Part shown: positions 9,899-18,055 of the stretch, piece by piece
Layout: the number at the start of each line of letters is the position of its first letter
Numbering within the stretch: position 1 is the stretch's first letter
Notes under the pieces: model-generated
What the model was told of the DNA's origin: nothing
Seen by the model: only the letters and a program-made list of their open reading frames with translations
Database searches by the model: none
Position numbers and translations under genes: made by a program
Source: Candidatus Heimdallarchaeota archaeon
GTDB taxonomy: Archaea > Asgardarchaeota > Heimdallarchaeia > Heimdallarchaeales > Heimdallarchaeaceae
Length of the DNA stretch: 29,943 nucleotides
NCBI GenBank assembly: GCA_030668825.1
Contig: DAOVET010000030.1
Location: 1-29,943, forward strand
Reading direction: 5' to 3'

Positions 9899-10870
9899 AT
9901 GACTATTGATTATGCCATTTGCGGTACTCGCAATTCTAACATAGGTTTACCAACTGGTTTGAAAATTCTTAGAGAAGGTGGTAACGCTTTAGATGCTGTT
10001 GAAGAAAGCATCAAATTAATAGAAAACAATCCTTTTGATATTACTGTTGGTTTCAATGGTTTTCCCAATCTTCTTGGAATTGTTGAGCTTGATGCGTCTA
10101 TTATGGAAGGTAAGACACGAAATGCTGGTGCTGTTGCAGCTGTTAAGAATTTTCGTCATCCCATCTCAATCGCTAGAAAGGTTATGGAGATCAGTCCTCA
10201 TGTGATGCTAGTTGGAGAAGGCGCAGAAAGGTTCGCAAAAGCATTGGGGTATCAGGAAGAAGAAATCATTGATGAACTAGGTATTCAAAACTATCACAAC
10301 ATCATGGGTGGGAAAAGTCTTGAAATGCCTCTTGAAGCCCAAGAATTGGTTAGAGAGCTTTTTATGAGATATGATGTTCATCTCAAGGAAGTAATGGAAA
10401 ATTATTCAATCAAGGAATGGTACAGAAAATTAAGTTTTGACAAGCATGGAACAACAAATGTAATTGCTTTAGATAATGAAGGTAATCTTGCAGTAGGTGT
10501 TTCAACTTCAGGATTAGCTATGAAATTTCCAGGCAGAGTTGGAGATTCACCCATTTTTGGTGCAGGAATTTATTGTTCTGACAAAGCAGGTGCTGCATGT
10601 ACTGGAACTGGTGAATTAGCAATTCGATTGTCAACTACTCGTTTGGTTGTTGATAGGGTTCATCGAAATATTGCTATTGATAAGGCTACAGAGATGGGAA
10701 TTTTGGAACTAAAACAGCTCAAAGAAGATGGAGTCTTACACATTATTTCTATGGCCAAATCTGGTCTATGTGCGGCATTTACCAATAAGGATGGTTTATT
10801 CCATTATTATGCAGATTCATCTATGGAAGAACCTGAAAAAAGACAAAGTGTTTTTCTAAAAATTCAATAA
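9899..10870 (+). CDS. Isoaspartyl peptidase/L-asparaginase or glycosylasparaginase (Asparaginase_2, Ntn hydrolase)
   Basis: Motifs ALDAVE, ELDASIM, HPISIAR, the autocleavage site HG|TT, STSG, GRVGDSP and TGTGE. Confidence 0.92.
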   Translation: MTIDYAICGTRNSNIGLPTGLKILREGGNALDAVEESIKLIENNPFDITVGFNGFPNLLGIVELDASIMEGKTRNAGAVAAVKNFRHPISIARKVMEISPHVMLVGEGAERFAKALGYQEEEIIDELGIQNYHNIMGGKSLEMPLEAQELVRELFMRYDVHLKEVMENYSIKEWYRKLSFDKHGTTNVIALDNEGNLAVGVSTSGLAMKFPGRVGDSPIFGAGIYCSDKAGAACTGTGELAIRLSTTRLVVDRVHRNIAIDKATEMGILELKQLKEDGVLHIISMAKSGLCAAFTNKDGLFHYYADSSMEEPEKRQSVFLKIQ

Positions 10871-10894
10871 AGAAGAAAAAAGATAGAGGTGAAT

Positions 10895-12598
10895 CTATCC
10901 GAAGAATAGAGCTAGAATATGAATAATGAACCCAGTGAAAATTCCTATGTTAATAAGACCTACTAGAACATAGGTTGATATTGTTAGTATTTTAAATCCT
11001 TTTTCTTCAACTCTAACTGCTATAAATAGATATACTATTGGTAATATAACAAGCGCTACTACAAATGTTGCTTGTAACACTAATGTTACTAAATGAATCA
11101 ATTCAAATCCGAATCCATAAAAGGCTCCAAAAAGTGCTACCACAGTCATAACACAAAGTACTACCTCAAATAATAAAATAAAGAATAACCCATTGAAGTA
11201 CATCCTAATATTGTCCATTGTTCTATCTTCTTTGACATTTTGAACTATTTTGTAAATAATGTGAATAGACAACGGTATTACAATCAATGCTATGACCCAA
11301 GTAAAGCTTAAGACAATTTGGAGACTTGTAGTAGTAAACACTCCGTTTGTTATAATCCCATTTAAGATAAATTGAACAACAATAAAAATCAGAGTGGGTA
11401 ACATGATAAATCTTAAAGTTGAGGATAACAAATCTTTAGTTCTTATTTCAGGTGGTTCAATTGATTCGTCCCTATCAGGTGCTGCTATAACGTTTATTTC
11501 ATCTCTCTCATATTTAATCATTGAATACTGATAAGCTATTATAGCTGCCCCAGCTAATAGAATTCCATCATGTGGAAACATGTTCCATGGAAGTATAAAT
11601 GCAAATGCAAAGAAAGTGACAAAAATTGAAATCCACATACTGTTAACGATATGCTTGTTGGGTTTTTTATCGATATTTTTCTCGCGTTTTTCTTTTCCTG
11701 TAATAGTTCTTCCCATCTTATTAAAAAACAATTGAATATGATATTTCATTTGACTAAAAATGTTCTTTTCATCAATGAATCCAGATCTTCTGTCAAAATC
11801 TGCGAGTCTAGCTTTTTGAATATCTCTTTTTTCTCTTTTTGTCTTCCTTGATGTGTAGAACACAGCCACCAATAAAAAGGTGAAAGCAAAGGGATAAATC
11901 AACCCATAGGAAACTTGTAGAGTATTATAGTGAAATCTTGAATCACTGATAACACTGAAGAATCCCAGAATAACTTCCAGACCCCAGAAAAATAGTGCTG
12001 GTACAAAAACCAACATCATCAATCTTCCTCCAAGCCTGGGAGAGTAATCAGGTTTTTTTGATGTCCAGAAGGATACACTCAATAATAGCAAAAACAGAGT
12101 AATTACATAGATTACTTGTTGTCCGATTATGTATCCATAGTTATCTTTTGAACTAAACAGAAATAGACCGAAAAATGTTGCAATAAATACAAGTAGTTTT
12201 AGAATAGAATAAACTGTAGTTCTGGTTAATAAAACTCTTTCTTCCTTAGTATTTGTTTTTGCATCTTTATAACCTACCTCTGCTAGTTTCTTATCAGAAT
12301 CATTTTTTGCTGTATAAATTTCAGATGTAACGCGTGAAAAAAGTAGAAGGCACATTGCGATAATAAGAATTCTAAAGCCAAAAATTACCATTTGATACGT
12401 TATAGTAACGCTGTCTTTCAGAGGATTAGAGAGAAGTATTACAGTAGGAAGACCGAAAATAAGTGTTGTTGCAAAAAGAACCTTAAACACACTTTTCATG
12501 CTTGAAGATTTATTTAAAGAGGCTCCCAAAGCATCATATCTTTGTCTTTGTAAAATAAGGCTATCTTTAATTGAATCTGGATTTGACATTATGAACAA
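10895..12598 (-). CDS. Hypothetical polytopic membrane protein
   Basis: A 567 aa ORF with about 12-13 hydrophobic segments and a central basic cytoplasmic loop. No motif recognised. Confidence 0.7.
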   Translation of the reverse strand: MFIMSNPDSIKDSLILQRQRYDALGASLNKSSSMKSVFKVLFATTLIFGLPTVILLSNPLKDSVTITYQMVIFGFRILIIAMCLLLFSRVTSEIYTAKNDSDKKLAEVGYKDAKTNTKEERVLLTRTTVYSILKLLVFIATFFGLFLFSSKDNYGYIIGQQVIYVITLFLLLLSVSFWTSKKPDYSPRLGGRLMMLVFVPALFFWGLEVILGFFSVISDSRFHYNTLQVSYGLIYPFAFTFLLVAVFYTSRKTKREKRDIQKARLADFDRRSGFIDEKNIFSQMKYHIQLFFNKMGRTITGKEKREKNIDKKPNKHIVNSMWISIFVTFFAFAFILPWNMFPHDGILLAGAAIIAYQYSMIKYERDEINVIAAPDRDESIEPPEIRTKDLLSSTLRFIMLPTLIFIVVQFILNGIITNGVFTTTSLQIVLSFTWVIALIVIPLSIHIIYKIVQNVKEDRTMDNIRMYFNGLFFILLFEVVLCVMTVVALFGAFYGFGFELIHLVTLVLQATFVVALVILPIVYLFIAVRVEEKGFKILTISTYVLVGLINIGIFTGFIIHILALFFG

Positions 12599-12650
12599 TC
12601 ACTTCATAGTTTAGGTGTTTATAATATTTTCTCTGCCGAGTTAATATTTG

Positions 12651-13090
12651 TTACTCTATACTTAAATAAGCTAAAATCTCCTCAATTGATTGTTCTAGTA
12701 CTGAAACAGCTATTTCAAGCACTTTTTGGCCCTTTTCTAAAGAAATACCTTCTAATGATCCAGCAATTCATGAAGAAGAGAATTGATCTGTTCTAGAAGG
12801 TAAATATAATGCCTCTATTTCTCTTCCCCATTTAGATGATGATGTAAGATTTTCAAATCTGTCCTTATGCGCTAGTTCTAGTTTTGCAGCAAGTATTACT
12901 GAAGTTTCTACAGCATCAGCATGCTCACAAGATTGTTCCTCAAATACAGAAGTAACAAGAGTAGGGTGCTTCCACCATTCAAAGAGCATACATGTCATTT
13001 TAGATTACCATTACAATATGAAATTGCATTTAATATTGAAGACTTGTTCCCCCCGTATCCATTTACGGTTGTGGCTTGTTTGATAGCCTT
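12651..13090 (-). pseudogene. Degraded creatininase-family (creatinine amidohydrolase/ArfB/MftE-like) gene remnant
   Basis: The minus strand reads VNGYGGN (family NGHGGN), then a frameshift near 12998, then EWW...EHADAVETS (family HAG..ETS). An in-frame TGA at 12768-12770 sits where a Gly is expected, followed by IAGSLEGISLEKGQKVLE to TAA at 12651. The 5' third of the gene is missing. Confidence 0.8.
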
Positions 13091-13182
13091 AAAACATTAG
13101 GAACAATCGAAATAGGATTTTGTTTTTAGATAGAAAAGCTTAAAATTCAATTTGTTAGAAACAAAATGTAACAGATAACCTC

Positions 13183-13320
13183 GACCAGGTAGTCAAGCTT
13201 GGATGAGTAACACTGCGAGTGAACTCAGAGAAATATGATACATCCTTGGGGACTTGAAAGGATGTTTCCCTCAAGCTATCATGGATGTGATCGGGGGTTC
13301 AAATCCCCTCCTGGTCACCA
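13183..13320 (+). tRNA. tRNA-Pro(GGG) with two BHB introns (13203-13233 in the D-loop, about 19/20; 13252-13281 at 37/38) and encoded CCA
   Basis: Acceptor stem GACCAGG/CCTGGTC, A73, CCA. D stem GTCA/TGAT. Anticodon stem CATCC/GGATG with spliced loop TT-GGG-G-T. T arm GGGGG-TTCAAAT-CCCCT. Removing 31+30 nt gives a 77-nt cloverleaf. Confidence 0.88.
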
Positions 13321-14682
13321 TTATATTTTCTTCCTTTTGGTTCTACGATTTACTGTATATACTAGAAAAATTGTTGCCAGTATGCTCCATATAAGTCCAG
13401 CAAATGAAGAATGTGTAGGTTCTTCAACATATTCACGCAGATTTTCAATCGGTGCCCACTCTTGACTCGAAAATATAATTAAACCATATAGACATGATTC
13501 TATGGTTATTTCCTTATCTGTCAAATTCTCATAAAACCCATCTCCAAAGATGTAATTCAATGCAGTTGCATTTACCACTTCTGAGCCAACATTTTCTAGG
13601 TTCATTAAATACGAAATTAGTGAGAAATATGCTTGATTCTTTAGAATAAGAAGATCATCAGTTCTATCTGTTTCATGTACTAGCCATACTTCGTCTATAA
13701 AATTTGAAATCACCCTTTGATGTATATAATAACTGCTATAATAGAAGTAGTAGTGATCATATCTAAGTTTTTCAGCTCTTGAAAGTCCAATTGCTAGATA
13801 CATTAAATCCAAAGCGCTAGCAGTTTGTGATACCTCACTTGAAGTTAAATTATATTCAGAATAAATTTCATTTGTTGATGCATTTACTAGGTGGATATTA
13901 ATGGAACTTAGAATGGGTTGTATGTAATCAGAAGCACACATACCATAACAATAATTTTGTTGAAAAAGAAGTTGACAAGTTGTTAATAACCATAAACCTA
14001 ATGCTTGATCTAATAGATAACTGCTGTTACTATAGGGTTGGATGAACATATCGAGTGGTTCAAAATAAAACTGGTTGATTAAAGATGAAAAGGCTTCATT
14101 AATTAAATTAGAACTAAAGGTGCTATTAGTATCTTTAAGAGCATAATATGCTTGAATTAATGCATAAATACCAATTATTTGAGATGTTAGGTTTAGATTT
14201 TCTAGTAGATTTTCAATTTCTCGAAATGCTCCGTTTTTAAGTATTTCAAGAATTATAGAAATTTTACCAAGGACCTCATTAGTACTAGGTAAGTATCCTG
14301 CTTGAAGAAGTAAAGAATTTGTTAAAGAGGAAAGAATGATTAATTCAGAAGATGTATTAGATGCGGTTTTTTCATAAACTGGATATCCATTCTGATCAGT
14401 AAAATTTGCATCAATCAGATTTACAGTTACTTCTACTGATTCAAAGTTAGGAGGAGTAATGATAGAAGACCTGCCAGGGAGCATAAGAGGGATGAAAGGT
14501 GATACTATTACAAGAATAGAAATTACTGTGAAAAGGAATTTGTGTTCTACTATTAAGAACCGAAGTTTTCTTCTCGGTTTTTTACCTTTTTTTAAACGTT
14601 CTATGTTCTTTTTCGAATCTAGAAGATAATCACGAACTTTTTCCATTTCTCCTTCTGTCTTTGTTTCTTTGCGATTAGTCAT
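13321..14682 (-). CDS. Hypothetical membrane protein with large extracellular helical domain (possible degenerate alpha/alpha-toroid)
   Basis: Basic cytoplasmic N-terminus, a TM, a domain with many N-x-S/T sequons, then a C-terminal TM and RRTKRKKI. The stop codon directly abuts the tRNA CCA. Confidence 0.72.
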   Translation of the reverse strand: MTNRKETKTEGEMEKVRDYLLDSKKNIERLKKGKKPRRKLRFLIVEHKFLFTVISILVIVSPFIPLMLPGRSSIITPPNFESVEVTVNLIDANFTDQNGYPVYEKTASNTSSELIILSSLTNSLLLQAGYLPSTNEVLGKISIILEILKNGAFREIENLLENLNLTSQIIGIYALIQAYYALKDTNSTFSSNLINEAFSSLINQFYFEPLDMFIQPYSNSSYLLDQALGLWLLTTCQLLFQQNYCYGMCASDYIQPILSSINIHLVNASTNEIYSEYNLTSSEVSQTASALDLMYLAIGLSRAEKLRYDHYYFYYSSYYIHQRVISNFIDEVWLVHETDRTDDLLILKNQAYFSLISYLMNLENVGSEVVNATALNYIFGDGFYENLTDKEITIESCLYGLIIFSSQEWAPIENLREYVEEPTHSSFAGLIWSILATIFLVYTVNRRTKRKKI

Positions 14683-14690
14683 TTTAATCC

Positions 14691-15449
14691 TTATATTAGT
14701 TTCATTATCTCTTTTATTGATTTCATAAATTCCTCAGGTACTTCTTCCTCAAATGCGTATATCTTCTCACTCAAGATGTTGAAATATGGAATTTCCAGCA
14801 CAGCCGAGAATTTCTCTTTACCTATTCTCTTAAGCTCTGATAAGTTTTTCTCGAAATCTTCTTTATCAGCTTCAATTCCCTCTTCATCAATTTTGTTTAT
14901 TAATAAAATCATTCTAGTATCTTCTTCTAACATAGCATAAATATTGTCCGTTAACTCTTTCAGTCCAAGAACATTTGATGTGCTTGGAGTTGCTATGACA
15001 ATTATTACATCTGAAACCATCATTGAATCAATAGATCTGTAAAAAAATCCAGGAATTGTATCAATCAGCAGATAATCATATTTTTCTGAGATTGTATGTT
15101 GCAACTGATATAATTTTGTAAGATATTTAGAATCATCTCTAGAGAGCTTATCTCTCTGTTTTGAGTGTTGTTTGAGAAACTCCATTGAGGAGAAAATCAA
15201 ATCAAGCTTTACTCCATTATCTGCAGTACATGGAAAAATAATTTTAGAAAGTGAAGCACCTTCGAGTAGATAATCAGATAAAAATAAAGGGTTTTCTACT
15301 TTAAAGTATGATTGAAATGATGGAGCCCTAAGGTCATAATCTAATGCCAAAGCTTTTCTTCCTTCCTTAGCTAAAGACCCTGCTATATTTAACAAGAGAG
15401 TGGTTTTTCCTGTACCACCTTTGTAACTATGTACACTTATTGTTTTCAT
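14691..15449 (-). CDS. MinD/ParA-family ATPase
   Basis: Deviant Walker A KGGTGKTT, LDYDLRAPS, Walker B DYLLIDTIPG and INK. Confidence 0.92.
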   Translation of the reverse strand: MKTISVHSYKGGTGKTTLLLNIAGSLAKEGRKALALDYDLRAPSFQSYFKVENPLFLSDYLLEGASLSKIIFPCTADNGVKLDLIFSSMEFLKQHSKQRDKLSRDDSKYLTKLYQLQHTISEKYDYLLIDTIPGFFYRSIDSMMVSDVIIVIATPSTSNVLGLKELTDNIYAMLEEDTRMILLINKIDEEGIEADKEDFEKNLSELKRIGKEKFSAVLEIPYFNILSEKIYAFEEEVPEEFMKSIKEIMKLI

Positions 15450-15845
15450 TTATTTTATCTCCTTTATGAAATATCTCACTTCTGTACCACGACTTTCAGG
15501 ATTATCTTTACTTGGTTTATCAATAGCACTTCTCTCTCTATCTAGGAACCCTTCTTTGTGCAGAGCTACTAAATATCTAGACTCAAGATTGAATGCTCTC
15601 CCTGTAACAGCTGCTACTTCTTTACAAGTAGCTTTTCCTAGTTTTTGTACTGTAAAATAGGTTTTAATATGAGATTTATTTATTCTGATTTCAGGATCAT
15701 AAGCAGATTTTGAAAGTATATCTAATGCAGATATACCAGTTTTTACTGCTGTTTCTTCTATGTTTAGTTTACCCTCTATATTCTTCAGTCTTTTACTTAT
15801 TTCTTCAAGTAAGCTAATCATTTTTTTGAAGTGTTTTTCTGACAT
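15450..15845 (-). CDS. Coiled-coil plus winged helix-turn-helix DNA-binding protein
   Basis: N-terminal coiled coil (ISLLEEISKRLKNIEGKL), HTH ATCKEVAAVTGRAFNLESRYLVALHKEGFLDRER and a wing ending VRYF. The start was moved to ATG 15845 because a TATA box overlaps the longer ORF start. The stop abuts the MinD ATG. Confidence 0.8.
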   Translation of the reverse strand: MSEKHFKKMISLLEEISKRLKNIEGKLNIEETAVKTGISALDILSKSAYDPEIRINKSHIKTYFTVQKLGKATCKEVAAVTGRAFNLESRYLVALHKEGFLDRERSAIDKPSKDNPESRGTEVRYFIKEIK

Positions 15846-15868
15846 CAAGATTACAGTAATATAAAACA

Positions 15869-15876
15869 TATATAAA
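15869..15876 (-). promoter_or_regulatory. Archaeal TATA box for the wHTH-MinD-membrane protein operon (probably a leaderless transcript)
   Basis: TTTATATA on the minus strand, about 23 nt upstream of ATG 15845. Confidence 0.5.
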
Positions 15877-15936
15877 TATATCGGAATTTTGATACCTTTA
15901 TCGAAGAGCAGTTACAAAGGGCAAGAACAGCCGAGA

Positions 15937-15952
15937 GAGAAAGACTTATTAA
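15937..15952 (+). promoter_or_regulatory. BRE/TATA-like promoter for the vWA-RING operon
   Basis: Purine-rich GAGAAAGA followed by CTTATTAA, about 30 nt upstream of ATG 15982. Confidence 0.4.
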
Positions 15953-15981
15953 TATCTCGCAATAATGATATGTTGATACAC

Positions 15982-18051
15982 ATGAAAAGAAAAGGAATAA
16001 TTTTTTGCACGATTGTGCTGGTAGGTTTATTCACACCTATCATGCATGTAATTAGTAAAACTGAGAGTTTTTCACCAGTTATAAATCAGTTAAGTCTTGA
16101 AACAACAGGTCCTTTAGATAATGTCTCAATTGAGATGATAACAGACTTACCTTCCTACCGTTCGGATAACATTCCAAGTACTCTACCTGGAGATTCTTTT
16201 AGTGTTTGTTTTAATGTGACAAATAATTCGGACCAAAATCTTAATCTTCTGGAATTTTATACACAAACAAACGACTTTGGGACAATACAGAATCCGTCTG
16301 ATTCTACTAAAGATTATCTTGAAATAGGAGAATCATGGATAACTAACGAACATTCAATCCTAACTGAACCCACTGCAGGAGTTTCTTCTGATCTAGATTT
16401 GGTCATCGTTCTTGATCAGTCTGGTTCTATGGGTGATGAAATTGAAACTTTAACTAGCGAATTAATCAGAGTTATTGATGAAATTGATTTAGAAGTCCCT
16501 GATCTCCGAGTAGGTTTAGTCCTCTTTGGGGGTAATCCAGATTATAACCCCTATCTTGAAGAAAGCTTGATTTTCCCCCTTACTTTCGATGTTGTAGATA
16601 TTGTTAATGTATTAGATCAAACTGCAGCTAATGGTGGTACAGAACCGTGGGGTGATGCACTATATGCTACTAAGGTGAATCTTGATTGGCGTACTGATGC
16701 AGTTAAATTGGTAGTGTTAATTACTGATGAAGAAAATAATGGTGGAACTGTCATTAAATCAGCTTCTCAACTAAACGATATCTATCAACAATATGCAGTT
16801 GAAGGGTTCATACTGTGTACCATTGCAGCTACTGGTTCGAATACTCAGGTTTTTGACCAGCTACGTTCTGGAGCTGAAATAACAGGAGGAACTTATATTG
16901 AAATTGGTTCAGAATATCCTCAGACAATAGACATTCCAGATATCATTGGAGAATTAATAGTACTCTATGCAGTTGAATTGGATTTCAGAATAACCGTTCA
17001 ATTATCACACATGAATGATCAAGATGAAAGAAGTAGCATCGAAAAAACATTTGTTGTTTTATTAGACGATTTACCTCCGGAAATTGATACTTGGGTCTAC
17101 TTTAGTGAAGATTTTCTAACTGATGAAAGGCAAGTAAATATTATGAGTGAAATAAAAGATGTTACAGGAGTTTCATTTGTTGAGATTTACTATAAATTCG
17201 ACAGAGCTATGTTTTGGACTATTGCTAATGCCACATCATTATTCAACGACTCATACTGTCTATCTTTACTATTTACTGATCAAACAGAGTTTTTGTCTTA
17301 TCAAATCTATACTGAGGATTGGTTAGGAAATGAAATTTATTGTGAGATACAAGAAATAGATCTAGCTGACATCTATAAATATTCAACCATACCTTTTGAT
17401 AAGAAAAAAGAGATAATACTACAACCAAATCAGAGAGTTGTTTATCGCTTAACTAGCCATCCTATAACTGATTCCTATGGCATAATAATCGGTGATGATT
17501 ATGATACTTATGACATCTTTGCAATAGATACAACAGATTCTTCTATCAGATTAGATAAACTAGATTCAAACTATGATACTTTTGTAATCCCAGCTGATCA
17601 TACTATAAAGATCTCTTTGGTTTCTTCTGAAATCGTGAAAGTACTTATAGCAAACGCTATACCACAGAGACTTGAATTAGGAGACACAACAAGTGTTATT
17701 ATTGGAACTGAAGACGCTTATCTGTTTGAGATAGATAATAGAATAGAATCTACAGAATATCGCAAATTTTATGCTGATTCGTATGTGGTTCAAACAGGTA
17801 TCTATGTTTTCAATGCAAGTAATATGGACTACCTATACAAACGAAGTAGTGAAGTTTACCTTACAGAAGATGAATTCTTACTGTTGGTTGTTGCAGATTA
17901 TCATGTTGGAGAGATTGACATAGGTTTTGTTGGTGAGTATATGTACGACACACATGACCATTATTACGCCAAATCTTCATCTTGGTCAATCTTTGTGACT
18001 ATACTTGGATTAACAGCTTTACTTGGATTCTTAAAACGTAAGAAACGGTGA
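15982..18051 (+). CDS. Surface-anchored vWA (MIDAS) domain protein with Ig-like domains
   Basis: Signal peptide MKRKGIIFCTIVLVGLF (likely start 15982; the ORF track extends to 15889). MIDAS DLVIVLDQSGSMG, GGTEPWG and VLITDE. C-terminal TM plus KRKKR. Confidence 0.88.
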   Translation: MKRKGIIFCTIVLVGLFTPIMHVISKTESFSPVINQLSLETTGPLDNVSIEMITDLPSYRSDNIPSTLPGDSFSVCFNVTNNSDQNLNLLEFYTQTNDFGTIQNPSDSTKDYLEIGESWITNEHSILTEPTAGVSSDLDLVIVLDQSGSMGDEIETLTSELIRVIDEIDLEVPDLRVGLVLFGGNPDYNPYLEESLIFPLTFDVVDIVNVLDQTAANGGTEPWGDALYATKVNLDWRTDAVKLVVLITDEENNGGTVIKSASQLNDIYQQYAVEGFILCTIAATGSNTQVFDQLRSGAEITGGTYIEIGSEYPQTIDIPDIIGELIVLYAVELDFRITVQLSHMNDQDERSSIEKTFVVLLDDLPPEIDTWVYFSEDFLTDERQVNIMSEIKDVTGVSFVEIYYKFDRAMFWTIANATSLFNDSYCLSLLFTDQTEFLSYQIYTEDWLGNEIYCEIQEIDLADIYKYSTIPFDKKKEIILQPNQRVVYRLTSHPITDSYGIIIGDDYDTYDIFAIDTTDSSIRLDKLDSNYDTFVIPADHTIKISLVSSEIVKVLIANAIPQRLELGDTTSVIIGTEDAYLFEIDNRIESTEYRKFYADSYVVQTGIYVFNASNMDYLYKRSSEVYLTEDEFLLLVVADYHVGEIDIGFVGEYMYDTHDHYYAKSSSWSIFVTILGLTALLGFLKRKKR

Positions 18052-18055
18052 TCAA

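Noticed and set aside
12768-12770. In-frame TGA as selenocysteine or readthrough
   Set aside because: It falls at an expected Gly (GGA to TGA), and the gene has other inactivating lesions.
13246-13282. Reading the tRNA as Ala(GGC) by joining TTGG to CAT
   Set aside because: There is no G3:U70 pair. BHB geometry places the cuts at GG|A and CA|T, giving GGG with G37 (Pro).
13235-13465. 76-aa ORF on the + strand
   Set aside because: It overlaps the tRNA and is antisense to a real CDS, so it is spurious.
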